Part shown: piece after piece, positions 45,811-55,584 of the stretch | Layout of the letters: the number at the start of each line of letters is the position of its first letter | How positions within the stretch are numbered: position 1 is the stretch's first letter | NCBI GenBank assembly: GCA_041666945.1 | Contig: JBAYFY010000001.1 | Span: 55,813-119,812, forward strand | Length of the DNA: 64,000 nt | Reading direction: 5' to 3' | From: Candidatus Buchananbacteria bacterium | GTDB lineage: Bacteria > Patescibacteriota > Patescibacteriia > 2-01-FULL-39-33 | Made by a program: the position numbers and the translations under genes | Notes under the pieces: model-generated | Told to the model about the DNA's origin: nothing | The model's database searches: none | Seen by the model: the letters and a program-made list of their open reading frames with translations, nothing else

Positions 45811-45851
45811 TTATTAGTATTGGAGAACAAAAAATGGTATAATATTAATAC

Positions 45852-47084
45852 ATGTCAGATGTTAACTTGTTGCCGGAAGAATTAAGAAAAAAAGAAACTG
45901 AAGAACAAAAGCGGCGAACGAATCAAACGCCGAGTTTTGATATTGCTCTGACTAATCCGAAAGAAGCAAAAAAAGCCAATTGGTTCAGTCGTGTATTTGG
46001 CAAACCGGTTTCACCTATTGTTTCTTCATCCCGTTATCAGCCGTCGGTCAACGATCAGCCGGCAGTTATTTTGCCGACTTTTAAATCCTCGGTTCCGGCT
46101 AATTTGCCATTCAACGAAGAACCATCTAAAAATAATTTCCCCCGCCCGATTTTCAAAGAAGCAATGAAAATGCCGATTACAGAAAATAATAGGCCGATTA
46201 AATCTCAAATGGCGTCCCAATCCGCCGTTTCTTCGTTGGTAAATCAGTCAAAACCCGGCATATTTTTGCCGACTGTCAAAAAAAATAGTTGGTGGCATAT
46301 TTTGTCGGACTTGTTTTCTCGTTCCAAAAAATCAGAACCAGAGATCCGCTTGGCTAAAGCGCCGGAAATGACGGCAATATCGGCGGCGGCGCCGGTAAAC
46401 TTTGCGGAGTTTGGATCCAAGCCGGGCAGCGAACAAGCGAAATCGGGGAAAGGGGGCAAACCTAAAAAATCCGGCGGTTACCATACTGTTATTCCGCTAA
46501 AACATAATCGTCATACCTATATAAATCTCATACCCTCTGAATTATTAAGAGGAGAAGCGGGAGGCGTTAGTTGGTTGAGAATCGTCTTAGCCATGATTTT
46601 GCCGGCTTTATTGGTATTCTTCTGTTATTTGGGTATGAATTGGTTGCAAGGTGATATTAATCAAAAGATATCAACCGGCCGAAAAGATTTAACACAATTA
46701 CAAAAGAGCGTCGGTGACTATAATGAACGGGCGAGAATTAACAATGATACAGCTAATCGCGTCATTACTTTAAAAAAACTGCTGGACAATCGCATTTATT
46801 GGAGCAAGTTCTTTGTTTTATTGGAGAAATATACTTTGGACGGAGTGTATTTCAAGGAATTCAAAGCTGATATTGCCGGACTTATCTCTTTGCCGGCTGC
46901 GGCTGATAACTACGAAACTTTGGCGCGGCAACTTGTGGTTTTAAGGAACGCCGGTGATTTTGTCAAGGATGCCAGAACCACCAGCATGCAAGTGTCTGCC
47001 GATCCTAAAGCCGGAGTTACCGGTGTTGATTTCCTTTTACGCCTGACCTTGGCCGAAGGCGTTTTTCGTCAGTTGACCAAATAA
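45852..47084 (+). CDS. pilN: PilN-family protein with a ~210-aa N-terminal low-complexity extension and a duplicated INLLP motif
   Basis: DVNLLPEEL at aa 3-11 and again YINLIPSELL at aa ~216-225, just before the TM VSWLRIVLAMILPALLVFF. A coiled-coil periplasmic part follows. Confidence 0.7.
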   Translation: MSDVNLLPEELRKKETEEQKRRTNQTPSFDIALTNPKEAKKANWFSRVFGKPVSPIVSSSRYQPSVNDQPAVILPTFKSSVPANLPFNEEPSKNNFPRPIFKEAMKMPITENNRPIKSQMASQSAVSSLVNQSKPGIFLPTVKKNSWWHILSDLFSRSKKSEPEIRLAKAPEMTAISAAAPVNFAEFGSKPGSEQAKSGKGGKPKKSGGYHTVIPLKHNRHTYINLIPSELLRGEAGGVSWLRIVLAMILPALLVFFCYLGMNWLQGDINQKISTGRKDLTQLQKSVGDYNERARINNDTANRVITLKKLLDNRIYWSKFFVLLEKYTLDGVYFKEFKADIAGLISLPAAADNYETLARQLVVLRNAGDFVKDARTTSMQVSADPKAGVTGVDFLLRLTLAEGVFRQLTK

Positions 47085-47087
47085 TTT

Positions 47088-47666
47088 ATGCCTGATTTGA
47101 GCTATAAAAATACTTTAGTTGAATTTTGGAACAAATATGAGCGTTTTTGGTTGGCCTTAATCGCTATCCTGGTTTTATTATTTGGCTATTTATTGGTTTT
47201 AAATCCACAGTGGACAAATTATAATAATAGCCGCCAGGTACAAGCCGAATTGCAGGAAAAAATCTCCATTGCTCAATTTCAATTGAGCGAATCGCAAAAG
47301 AACGCTTCTCAAATAGTTGAGTTAACGGCGGAAGAGAAACGCCTTTTGTCTTTGGTTTTGCCAGCAGCGCCAGATACGCCAAGCATGATTGTGCATTTTA
47401 CCAATTTAGCCAAACGCGCCGGTTTTATCGTCAGTAATTTATCGTTTAGCGATGGCGTTAGTACTTTGCCCGGTAATACGGGAACAGTCATCGGCGTACA
47501 AAAAATAATTGTTAAAATGCATTTGGCCGGCGGTGATTATAATTCTTTTAAGTTATTTTTGAGTTTTTTGGAAAAATCAGCCATTATTGCTGACATTAAT
47601 TCCATTAGTATGGCCGATGATGGCAAGGATTATGATCTTTCTTTGGCCGTTTATTATCGTCCCTAA
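47088..47666 (+). CDS. pilO: PilO-like pilus assembly protein
   Basis: N-terminal TM FWLALIAILVLLFGYLLVL, a coiled coil and a ferredoxin-like C-terminal domain. Positioned after pilN. Confidence 0.6.
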   Translation: MPDLSYKNTLVEFWNKYERFWLALIAILVLLFGYLLVLNPQWTNYNNSRQVQAELQEKISIAQFQLSESQKNASQIVELTAEEKRLLSLVLPAAPDTPSMIVHFTNLAKRAGFIVSNLSFSDGVSTLPGNTGTVIGVQKIIVKMHLAGGDYNSFKLFLSFLEKSAIIADINSISMADDGKDYDLSLAVYYRP

Positions 47667-47677
47667 TAAAAGCGATT

Positions 47678-48013
47678 TTGAATATGGAAAAACAAGAAAA
47701 AAAATCCTCTTGGCGTTTATACATTTTATTGTTTATTTTGATTGTCATTGCTTATGGCGCCCTGGCTTATTGGCAGAAATTTTGGCCTTTCTCTTTATTA
47801 CAGAAGCAGGATTTGGTTAATTTAGGCAGTCAATTCGTCAAGATAAATCGGGATATTTTTCCAGAAATCAGTCAACTTAATCAATGCAATGATTGGCCGA
47901 TTACCGGAGTGGAGTTGAGTTCCGGCCGAGGTAATCCTTTTGAACGAAAAATCGCCGATGTTAACGCGATAGTGAATACTTCAACCGCTCGTTGCCGCGA
48001 ATTAGGAGAATAA
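47678..48013 (+). CDS. Small bitopic membrane protein (111 aa), possible PilP-like accessory
   Basis: TM WRLYILLFILIVIAYGALAYW. Context only. Confidence 0.45.
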   Translation: MNMEKQEKKSSWRLYILLFILIVIAYGALAYWQKFWPFSLLQKQDLVNLGSQFVKINRDIFPEISQLNQCNDWPITGVELSSGRGNPFERKIADVNAIVNTSTARCRELGE

Positions 48014-48017
48014 AATT

Positions 48018-49760
48018 ATGCCCGACATTCAATACAATGAAAAAATAAGAAATTATTTAGCTAGCCATAACTTAGTTAACCCTTCTATTTTAGATGAGGC
48101 CTTAAGCGCGGCCAATAAGGGCAAGCGAACAATTGAAGAGGAATTGACGGAACGCAATGTCTTCAATCGTGATGAACTGCTAAAAATCAAGGGAGGAATA
48201 TTCAACTTACCCGTAGCTGATTTGGCGGTCAGTCAGATTAAGCCGGAGATTCTTAATTTGTTATCGCAGAAAGTGGCGGAAAATTATAAGGCCATTGTCT
48301 TCGCCCAGAAAGATAAGCAGGTCAGCATTGGTTTAGTTGATCCCGGGGATTTTATGGCTAATGAAGCGATTGAATTCTGGGCTAAGACCTCGGGTTTTCA
48401 AATTAGTTATTTTGTAATTTTATTGGAAGATTTTCGTCGTTTTATTAAGAATTATAGCGGTTTTACCAAGGAAATCGGTACTGCTTTGCAGTCAGCGGAA
48501 GAGAAGTACGCGGAGAAGGAAGATGAACTAATATTGGAAGGCGGAGCTGCTTTGGAAGAAAAAATTAAAGCTGCCCCCGTTGCTAAGATTGTTTCCGTAA
48601 TTATCCGTCATGGCATTGAAGGCAATGCCTCGGATATCCATATTGAGCCGGGACGCAGTGAAAGCCGTGTACGCTATCGCGTGGATGGAATTTTGCATAC
48701 TTCGCTGACCTTGCCCACTTACATCCATAACGCCGTGGTATCGCGCATCAAGGTTATGGCTAACCTAAAATTAGATGAAACGCGCCTGCCTCAAGACGGC
48801 CGCATCAGGTCGCAAATAGACGGCCAGGAAGTGGATCTGCGCATTTCCGTTTTACCCATGCTAAATTCAGAAAAGGTGGTAATTCGCGTTCTGGATACTT
48901 CTGCCGGCGTGCCTAATTTGTCTCAACTCGGTTTTCTTGATAATGAAGTTGAATTGTTAAACCAGAATGCCAATAAGCCGTTTGGCCTGATTCTTTTAAC
49001 CGGTCCGACCGGCTCCGGCAAAACCACTACTTTGTATTCCATTCTAAACCAGATAAAAACCGAAAATAGCAATGTTACTACTTTGGAGGATCCGATTGAG
49101 TATTCTATTGCCGGCATTAATCAATCCCAGATCAACCCGGATGTCGGTTTTACCTTCGCTTCCGGCTTGAGAGCAATTTTGCGCCAAGATCCCAACGTGA
49201 TTATGGTGGGAGAAATCCGCGATAGTGAAACGGCGGAGTTAGTCATTCATGCCGGTTTGACCGGACATTTGGTTTTCTCCACTTTGCATACCAACAACGC
49301 TTGGGGCGCTATCCCGCGCATGATTGATATGAAAGCCGAACCGTTTTTGCTATCCTCTACGCTTAATTTAATCATGGCTCAACGCTTGGTTAGAAAAATC
49401 TGCTCCAGTTGCCGCCAAGAAGTGTCTTTACCCGGTCCCTTACTTAAGCAAGTAGAAAGCGAAATCCAGCAGATTCCGCCGGAATTGCTTAAGCGTTATG
49501 CGCCGCAAGCCAAATTTTATCGGGCAGTAGGTTGTGATCTTTGCGGCAAGAGCGGTTTCGTCGGTCGTACGGTTATTAGTGAAATTATCGCCATTACCCC
49601 GGAATTGCGGGAACTTATCGCCAAAGAGAATTTTTCTAATGAGGCAGTCATAGCTGAATTGAAGAAACAGAATTTTGTCACTTTAATGCAGGACGGGATA
49701 ATGAAATCAATGATGGGATTGACAACCATTGAAGAGGTGATGCAGGTGACGCAAATGTAA
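48018..49760 (+). CDS. pilB: Type IV pilus assembly ATPase PilB (GspE family)
   Basis: Walker A LLTGPTGSGKTTTLYS, Asp box, Walker B VIMVGEIRD, His box GHLVFSTLHTN, and the tetracysteine motif CSSC...CDLC. Confidence 0.92.
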   Translation: MPDIQYNEKIRNYLASHNLVNPSILDEALSAANKGKRTIEEELTERNVFNRDELLKIKGGIFNLPVADLAVSQIKPEILNLLSQKVAENYKAIVFAQKDKQVSIGLVDPGDFMANEAIEFWAKTSGFQISYFVILLEDFRRFIKNYSGFTKEIGTALQSAEEKYAEKEDELILEGGAALEEKIKAAPVAKIVSVIIRHGIEGNASDIHIEPGRSESRVRYRVDGILHTSLTLPTYIHNAVVSRIKVMANLKLDETRLPQDGRIRSQIDGQEVDLRISVLPMLNSEKVVIRVLDTSAGVPNLSQLGFLDNEVELLNQNANKPFGLILLTGPTGSGKTTTLYSILNQIKTENSNVTTLEDPIEYSIAGINQSQINPDVGFTFASGLRAILRQDPNVIMVGEIRDSETAELVIHAGLTGHLVFSTLHTNNAWGAIPRMIDMKAEPFLLSSTLNLIMAQRLVRKICSSCRQEVSLPGPLLKQVESEIQQIPPELLKRYAPQAKFYRAVGCDLCGKSGFVGRTVISEIIAITPELRELIAKENFSNEAVIAELKKQNFVTLMQDGIMKSMMGLTTIEEVMQVTQM

Positions 49761-49883
49761 TATTTAGATTCAGTTGCCTTATCGTCATTCCGAGTGCAGC
49801 GTAAGCGAAGCGGGAGTGGAACCGAGGAATCCCTTGATCTATTAAGATAGTTTATTTAATTTATAATTTCTAATATATTTTAT

Positions 49884-50264
49884 ATGACTAAAGACAAGAA
49901 AGTAAATATTTTGATTGTGGAGGATGATGTTTTTTTGGCTGATTTGTATAAAACCAAATTCACCCTGGAGGGATTTAAGGTAACTGTGGCTTATGACGGT
50001 GAAAAGGGTTGGGAGTCAGCGAAGAAAATTTCGCCGGATATTATTTTATTGGATTTGATTCTGCCCAAAATGAGCGGCTTTGATATCCTTAAGTCGCTTA
50101 AGGCCGACAGCAAATTAGAGAAAATTCCGGTTATTTTATTAACCAATTTGAGCCAAAAATCAGATGTGGAAAAGGGTTTAAAAATGGGCGCCAAGGATTA
50201 TTTGATTAAAGCTCATTTTATGCCGTCCGAAGTGGTGGAAAAGATCAAAAAATTAATTGCGTAA
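49884..50264 (+). CDS. Single-domain CheY-like response regulator (PilH/PilG-like)
   Basis: ILIVEDD...DIILLDLILPKMSG...PVILLTN...KDYLIKA. The Asp pocket, Thr and Lys are all present. Confidence 0.85.
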   Translation: MTKDKKVNILIVEDDVFLADLYKTKFTLEGFKVTVAYDGEKGWESAKKISPDIILLDLILPKMSGFDILKSLKADSKLEKIPVILLTNLSQKSDVEKGLKMGAKDYLIKAHFMPSEVVEKIKKLIA

Positions 50265-50266
50265 TT

Positions 50267-51331
50267 ATGGATACTGGCCAGGACTTATTTTTGAAACAAA
50301 TATTGACTGAAGGAATAACGGCCAGCGCGTCCGACTGGCATTTTACCGTTGGCCATTTCCCGATTATCAAAGTCAACGGCGAATTGCATTATCTGGAAGA
50401 CAAGGGGATTATTACTGGAGAGTTCATGACTAAGTTGGCGGGAACATTGTTGACACCGGGCCAACAGGAAAAATTAGCTAAGGATAGGGAAATAATCCTA
50501 ACCTATAATTTTGATAAAAATCTTCGTTTCAAAATAAATATTTTTTACCAGAAAAGTTTTCTATCCGCCACTTTTCGTTATATCCCGATGCAAATCCCGG
50601 CTTTAAATCAATTGGGCTTGCCGGCGGCGGTTAAGGAATTAGTTAAATTGAATCGAGGTTTGATTATCGTTTCCGGCGCTTTCGGTTCGGGCCGGACTTC
50701 CACGGCTTCTTCTATGATTGAGGAGATAAATATCAGCCGAAAGAAGTATATTATTACCATTGAAGATCCGATTGAATATATTTTTGCCAACAAGAACAGC
50801 GTTATTGAGCAACGTGAAGTTGGTCAGGATACGAAAAGTTTTGTTGATGCCCTGAGTTATTTTCAAGAAGAAAGCGGAGATGTATTGTTTTTGGAACAGC
50901 TGAACAGCGCTTCCATTGTTCCGCCGGTGTTAGAAATAGCTCGTGGCAGCGCTTTGGTTGTCACTACTATGGTCGCTGATACTTGCACCAGAACACTGAC
51001 TGCCATCCTTGACTATTTTCCGGCCTTTGATCAGGAACGAATCCGTGATTTGTTGTCCGGCGCTTTAAAAGCCGTGGTTTGCCAGAAGCTTTTGCCTAAA
51101 ATCGGCGGCGGGATAGTCCCAATTTGCGAAATACTCTTAGTCAATGATACGGTTAGATCAACCATAGCCAGCGGCAATCTTAATCAATTAGACAACATTA
51201 TCGCCACCTCGCGCCGTGAGGGCATGATATCGTTCAATCAGGCCTTAAATGAGGCGATAAAGGCCAATTTGATCACTTACGAAGAAGCGCAAGAGCATTC
51301 CCCCGATTCTAAGGGTTTGGGAAAGAATTAA
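50267..51331 (+). CDS. PilT-family retraction-ATPase paralogue with degenerate catalytic motifs
   Basis: PilT-like fold. Walker A reads GAFGSGRTST (Lys replaced by Arg). The His-box region reads ALVVTTMVAD with no His. GDVLFLEQLN stands in place of the ...VGEMRD motif. Confidence 0.75.
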   Translation: MDTGQDLFLKQILTEGITASASDWHFTVGHFPIIKVNGELHYLEDKGIITGEFMTKLAGTLLTPGQQEKLAKDREIILTYNFDKNLRFKINIFYQKSFLSATFRYIPMQIPALNQLGLPAAVKELVKLNRGLIIVSGAFGSGRTSTASSMIEEINISRKKYIITIEDPIEYIFANKNSVIEQREVGQDTKSFVDALSYFQEESGDVLFLEQLNSASIVPPVLEIARGSALVVTTMVADTCTRTLTAILDYFPAFDQERIRDLLSGALKAVVCQKLLPKIGGGIVPICEILLVNDTVRSTIASGNLNQLDNIIATSRREGMISFNQALNEAIKANLITYEEAQEHSPDSKGLGKN

Positions 51332-51339
51332 TTTTATTC

Positions 51340-52551
51340 ATGTCGGTATACAAGTATAAAGCCAAGGATCGCCGAGGCAACATTATTGAAGCAGCCATGG
51401 ATGCGGTTTCCACTGAGGCCGTAGCCAATTTTTTGTTGGATAAAAAATTAGCCATCATTGATATCCGGCCTCAAGTCGTTTCAGGTGTCTGGTATTGGCA
51501 AAAAATATTTTTTTTTAATCGAGTCAGTAATAAAGATTTAGTGATATTTTTCCGTCAGCTGGCGGTGATGGTAGAGGCCAATATTCCTTTGGTGCGCGGT
51601 TTGCGTATTTTGGTCAGACAAACCAAAAATGACTATTTGCGCAACGTGATTGATAAAGTGGCTGATGAAGTAGAAGGCGGGTCAAGTTTCTCCTCCGCTT
51701 TGGAAGTCCATCCCGATATTTTCACCAAGTTTTATGTTAATATTATGCGTTCCGGTGAAACTTCGGGGCGCCTGTCCGAGGTGATGAATTATTTGGCCGA
51801 TCAGAAGGAAAAGGATTATGATTTGGAATCAAAAGTCAGGGGAGCGATGATTTATCCGGCTATGATTGTTTTGGTTTTGGGCGTGGTCGGCTTCATCGTT
51901 GTGGCCTTCGTTATCCCCGGAATTACCAAGATGTTGATAGAATCAGGCGCTCAAATACCTCTGATTACCCAAATTATGATGAATTTAGCCAATTTCTTAA
52001 GGAATTTTTGGTGGTTAGTGGTTCTTACGGCTGTCGGTTTATTAATTATATTTTTTGTCGGTCGACGGACACCGGAGGGTCGGCGTTTTCTGGACTTGGT
52101 TAAACTTAAAATTCCCATTTTTGGCGCTATTTTTAAAGATATTTACATTGTGCGTTTTGCTCAAAGTTTTGCCACCCTGATTAAAGGCGGCGTTCCCATT
52201 GCCCAGGGGTTGGCGGTAGTCAAGGAAGTGGTGGATAATAAAATGTTTGAAGAGATGATCAATAATGCGATAGGGAGCGTCAATGAGGGCAATCAAATTT
52301 CTGAAAGCTTAGCCGCCAGTCCTTATTTACCGCAAATCGTGGCCAATATGATCAGCGTTGGCGAGGAATCGGGTAAATTAGAAGAAGTGTTGGACAAAGC
52401 CGCTGATTTTTATTCTAAAGAAATAGATAATTCCGTCAGGAATTTGTCTAATTTGATTGAACCGATTATCATGATTTTTTTAGGAATCGCTGTGGCTTTA
52501 TTTGTTATCGCGGTTCTTCTGCCGATGTGGCAATTGTCATCGGCTTTCTGA
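51340..52551 (+). CDS. pilC: Type IV pilus platform protein PilC (GspF family)
   Basis: Two GspF repeats with three TM segments. NVIDKVADEVEGGSSFSSAL and ...VANMISVGEESGKLEEVL. Confidence 0.9.
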   Translation: MSVYKYKAKDRRGNIIEAAMDAVSTEAVANFLLDKKLAIIDIRPQVVSGVWYWQKIFFFNRVSNKDLVIFFRQLAVMVEANIPLVRGLRILVRQTKNDYLRNVIDKVADEVEGGSSFSSALEVHPDIFTKFYVNIMRSGETSGRLSEVMNYLADQKEKDYDLESKVRGAMIYPAMIVLVLGVVGFIVVAFVIPGITKMLIESGAQIPLITQIMMNLANFLRNFWWLVVLTAVGLLIIFFVGRRTPEGRRFLDLVKLKIPIFGAIFKDIYIVRFAQSFATLIKGGVPIAQGLAVVKEVVDNKMFEEMINNAIGSVNEGNQISESLAASPYLPQIVANMISVGEESGKLEEVLDKAADFYSKEIDNSVRNLSNLIEPIIMIFLGIAVALFVIAVLLPMWQLSSAF

Positions 52552-52594
52552 TTTTTATTAACAGTTGATTTTTCTGTTTTTTTGTCCTATTTTG

Positions 52595-52629
52595 TGCTAT
52601 AATTATGTTATAAAATAGCTGTGGATAAG
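52595..52629 (+). promoter_or_regulatory. Extended -10 (TGCTATAAT, 52595-52603) followed by TGTGGATAAG (52620-52629), upstream of the major pilin gene
   Basis: Read directly. This is the third copy of the 10-mer. Confidence 0.5.
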
Positions 52630-52739
52630 CAAAATATCCCTCAAGATTAAAGAGGAAAGGTCGAAGAAAAAGCTTAAAAACAGCATAATTTTATTCACTC
52701 GCGAGTGAAATTAAAATGTTAAATATAAATCATAAACCT

Positions 52740-53150
52740 ATGAATAAGAAAGGTTTTACTTTAATCGAATTATTGGTCGTCATCGCCATCATCGGCATTT
52801 TGTCCTCGGTTGCTATCGTTTATTTGCAGGATGCCAGAAATAAAGCCAATGACGCTAAAGTTCAATCAAACGTCGCTACTGCTTCTACCCAGACGGAGAT
52901 TGCCAGAGCTAATGGCGAAAGTGTTGACTCTGACACTTATAGTAATTCTGTTATTGCAAAGTTAGGCACTTATCCTTGCACTGCTGCCGGTAAAGTAAGT
53001 TGGACCGCTTCAGCTTCCACTACGGCCTCTGTTGTCGCTTATTATGCGCAACTTTGTACCAGTGACTCCTATTTCTGCGCCGACACCAATGGTTTTAGGG
53101 GAGCAAATACGGCTATCCCCGCCGTTGCCGGACAATGTAATGCCAATTAA
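52740..53150 (+). CDS. Major type IV pilin (prepilin with class III signal)
   Basis: MNKKGFTLIELLVVIAIIGILSSVAIVYL: the G/FTLIE cleavage and methylation motif. C-terminal Cys pairs. Confidence 0.88.
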   Translation: MNKKGFTLIELLVVIAIIGILSSVAIVYLQDARNKANDAKVQSNVATASTQTEIARANGESVDSDTYSNSVIAKLGTYPCTAAGKVSWTASASTTASVVAYYAQLCTSDSYFCADTNGFRGANTAIPAVAGQCNAN

Positions 53151-53162
53151 GAATCTTGAATA

Positions 53163-53194
53163 AAACCCTCCCATTGAATTGAGAGGGTTTTTTT
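53163..53194 (+). terminator. Rho-independent terminator after the pilin gene
   Basis: AAACCCTC (53163-53170) pairs with GAGGGTTT (53183-53190) over a 12-nt loop, followed by a T run to 53194. Confidence 0.75.
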
Positions 53195-53235
53195 GTTGTC
53201 TCGGTTATGGTATAATATTAAGATAAAGACAACTT

Positions 53236-53619
53236 ATGCGACGATTATCGTACAAAATTATCGTTTATGCCATGTTGCTTATTTTAGGGTTGATTTTTAC
53301 CGGTTTAGCCGTTTGGTTTTATAGCGGCCAAGCCAGGGATTTTGAACGTCTCAAAGGTTTAAAAACCTGGCAAGATATTATGGCCGGATATTTTTCTAAA
53401 TATAATACCTATCAAGTCGTTGATTGTAATTCGGGTATGATTATTAGCCAATGTTTTCCCAACCAAACCACACCGCTTGACCCCATAAGCCAAGGCAATT
53501 ATAAATATCTTGTCGGCGCTTTAGGCGAAAGCGACTATGAAATTAATTTTTATTTGGAGCGAGGCATCGGCGGTCTTAAGGCCGGCGGTTATATTTGGAC
53601 GAAAAACGGAGTGAAATAA
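53236..53619 (+). CDS. Hypothetical bitopic membrane protein (127 aa)
   Basis: TM IIVYAMLLILGLIFTGLAVWFY. An extended -10 TGGTATAAT lies just upstream, at 53208-53216. Confidence 0.5.
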   Translation: MRRLSYKIIVYAMLLILGLIFTGLAVWFYSGQARDFERLKGLKTWQDIMAGYFSKYNTYQVVDCNSGMIISQCFPNQTTPLDPISQGNYKYLVGALGESDYEINFYLERGIGGLKAGGYIWTKNGVK

Positions 53620-53626
53620 ATAAAGC

Positions 53627-54439
53627 ATGCTTATTATATTGTTTATTTTTATCATCGGACTTATCATCGGCAGCTTCCTTAATGTCGTGATTTGGCGTTT
53701 GCATTCCAATGAGTCAATCATTTCCGGCCGATCGCAGTGCTCTCAATGCAAAACTAAATTAAAAGCTAAAGATTTGGTGCCGCTGGTTAGTTTTATTGTT
53801 TTGCGCGGCAAATGCCGTTATTGCCAAAAACCGATTTCTTGGCAATATCCATTGGTGGAACTCGCGACGGGGTTGTTGTTTGTCTTGGTTTACCTTGTCA
53901 ATTTACAATTGCCCGTTATTGGTTTACAATCAAGCGATATCTTTTTTGCTCCAGCCGCAACCCCCACCCAACTACTGAAATTTTTTAGGGACATTTTTTT
54001 AGTTTCCGTGTTAACTATTATTTTTGTTTATGATCTGCGCTGGCAATTGATACCGGATCAGGTTACTATTCCTTCCATTGTTTTATTGTTCGTTTTCAGT
54101 TTGCTTTTGGGCCAAAGTTTAGGGTCGTTGGTTTTTGCCGTCTTAGTCGGTTTTGGTTTTTTCGGCTTGCAATACTGGGTTTCTTCCGGCCGTTGGATCG
54201 GGGGAGGCGATTTGCGTTTAGGCGCCTTAATGGGCGCGGCTTTGGGCTGGCCGCTTCTTATAGTCGGATTATTGGCCGCTTATATTGTCGGCGCGGCGGT
54301 TTCCGTTGTTTTGTTGGTTTCTGGCAAAGCCCAAGCCAAAACGCCGATAGCTTTTGGCACTTTTTTGGCCTTAGGCACTCTCGTTGCCTTATTTTGGGGA
54401 GAAAAAATAATCAATTGGTATTTTGGCTTATTGTCATAA
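53627..54439 (+). CDS. pilD: Prepilin peptidase PilD (A24 family)
   Basis: Zn-binding CSQC...CRYC N-domain and a polytopic C-terminal domain with ...GGGDLRLGALMGAALGWPL. Confidence 0.88.
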   Translation: MLIILFIFIIGLIIGSFLNVVIWRLHSNESIISGRSQCSQCKTKLKAKDLVPLVSFIVLRGKCRYCQKPISWQYPLVELATGLLFVLVYLVNLQLPVIGLQSSDIFFAPAATPTQLLKFFRDIFLVSVLTIIFVYDLRWQLIPDQVTIPSIVLLFVFSLLLGQSLGSLVFAVLVGFGFFGLQYWVSSGRWIGGGDLRLGALMGAALGWPLLIVGLLAAYIVGAAVSVVLLVSGKAQAKTPIAFGTFLALGTLVALFWGEKIINWYFGLLS

Positions 54440-54444
54440 TTTTT

Positions 54445-54954
54445 ATGCTTAAACATCAAGCGCAAAAAGGATTTACTCTGATTGAGTTGCTTGTTGCCAT
54501 TGCTATATTCACTTTGCTTTCCTCTTTTATGGTGGCTAAATTTGCCGGTAACGAAGACGCTCGCCTGCTCAAAGAACAAGCTGATTTGGTTTTAACCGGC
54601 ATTGATCAGGCGCGCAATCTGTCTTTGGCTGGCAGCGGTCCGAGCAATATTTATTCCCAGCAATTTGTTTTTGCTATCAGTAATTGCCAGAGCAACTGTT
54701 TTTATGAGATCAGCGGTAAGGACCCGGACCAGCAAGTGGTTAAAAAAAATTTAGAGAAAGTTAATATTACCATTAAGGATGAAACCAGTAACAAGTTGGC
54801 AATCGTTTTTGCCGTGCCTCGGGGACGCATGACTCTGTTAGGCGATAATCCCAGTGAAGCTAAGATAGAAATCAGCAACGATTCGGCCGCTTTTTGCATC
54901 CAAGTCAATAGTGTTTCCGGTAAGGTAGAGGAGATTAAAGGAAATTGCCTGTAA
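54445..54954 (+). CDS. Minor pilin / pseudopilin
   Basis: MLKHQAQKGFTLIELLVAIAIFTLLSS. The track ORF 54193-54954 is an upstream artefact. Confidence 0.8.
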   Translation: MLKHQAQKGFTLIELLVAIAIFTLLSSFMVAKFAGNEDARLLKEQADLVLTGIDQARNLSLAGSGPSNIYSQQFVFAISNCQSNCFYEISGKDPDQQVVKKNLEKVNITIKDETSNKLAIVFAVPRGRMTLLGDNPSEAKIEISNDSAAFCIQVNSVSGKVEEIKGNCL

Positions 54955-54957
54955 TTT

Positions 54958-55581
54958 ATGAAACGTTTGAAAAATAATCAATCCGGCCAAAGTTTAATCG
55001 AACTCATTGTTTCTATTGCCGTTATTACTATCGGTTTGTTTTCCGTTTGGTTTTTATTTTTAGTTAATTTCAATGCCGTTAAGGAATCGGAGATGCGGAT
55101 TGTGGCGGCTAATTTAGCGCGTGAAGGCGCTGAAATAGTTAAAAATATTCGCGACAGCAATTGGTTGAGAATGGCCAGGAATCTGTCCGATTCTGGAGCC
55201 GCTTCCGGTTTATGGCTTTGGGATAGGGGGTTGGCTGACGGCATTTACACTATTGATTACCGCAATGGTCTGCTTGTTTTAGAAGACGATAACCAGGCCG
55301 GTAAGTTGTTTTTTGATGCCGACGGTTACTATTCATCTTCAGCCACGGCAAATTCCTCGCCTTTTTCCCGCTTGGTAACACTGGCCTCCATTTGCTGTTA
55401 TGATAGCGATCCGGAAGATTTGAAATGCGATGATACGTCCCACTTTTTCACTACAAACGATAGTGGTTGTCCCGCCAATACCATTAAAATCGGTATTAAT
55501 GTAAATTCCCGCGTGACTTGGACTTATTCCGGCCAGCCGCGCCAACTGGTCGTGGAGGATCAATTATTTAATTGGCGCTGA
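54958..55581 (+). CDS. Minor pilin (prepilin-type N-terminus)
   Basis: MKRLKNNQSGQSLIELIVSIAVITIGLF. Confidence 0.78.
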   Translation: MKRLKNNQSGQSLIELIVSIAVITIGLFSVWFLFLVNFNAVKESEMRIVAANLAREGAEIVKNIRDSNWLRMARNLSDSGAASGLWLWDRGLADGIYTIDYRNGLLVLEDDNQAGKLFFDADGYYSSSATANSSPFSRLVTLASICCYDSDPEDLKCDDTSHFFTTNDSGCPANTIKIGINVNSRVTWTYSGQPRQLVVEDQLFNWR

Positions 55582-55584
55582 TTT

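Noticed and set aside
54193-54954. 253-aa ORF overlapping the 3' half of pilD
   Set aside because: Only the segment from 54445 (MLKHQAQKGFTLIELL...) has pilin character. The upstream part is pilD read in another frame, so the pilin gene is called from 54445.
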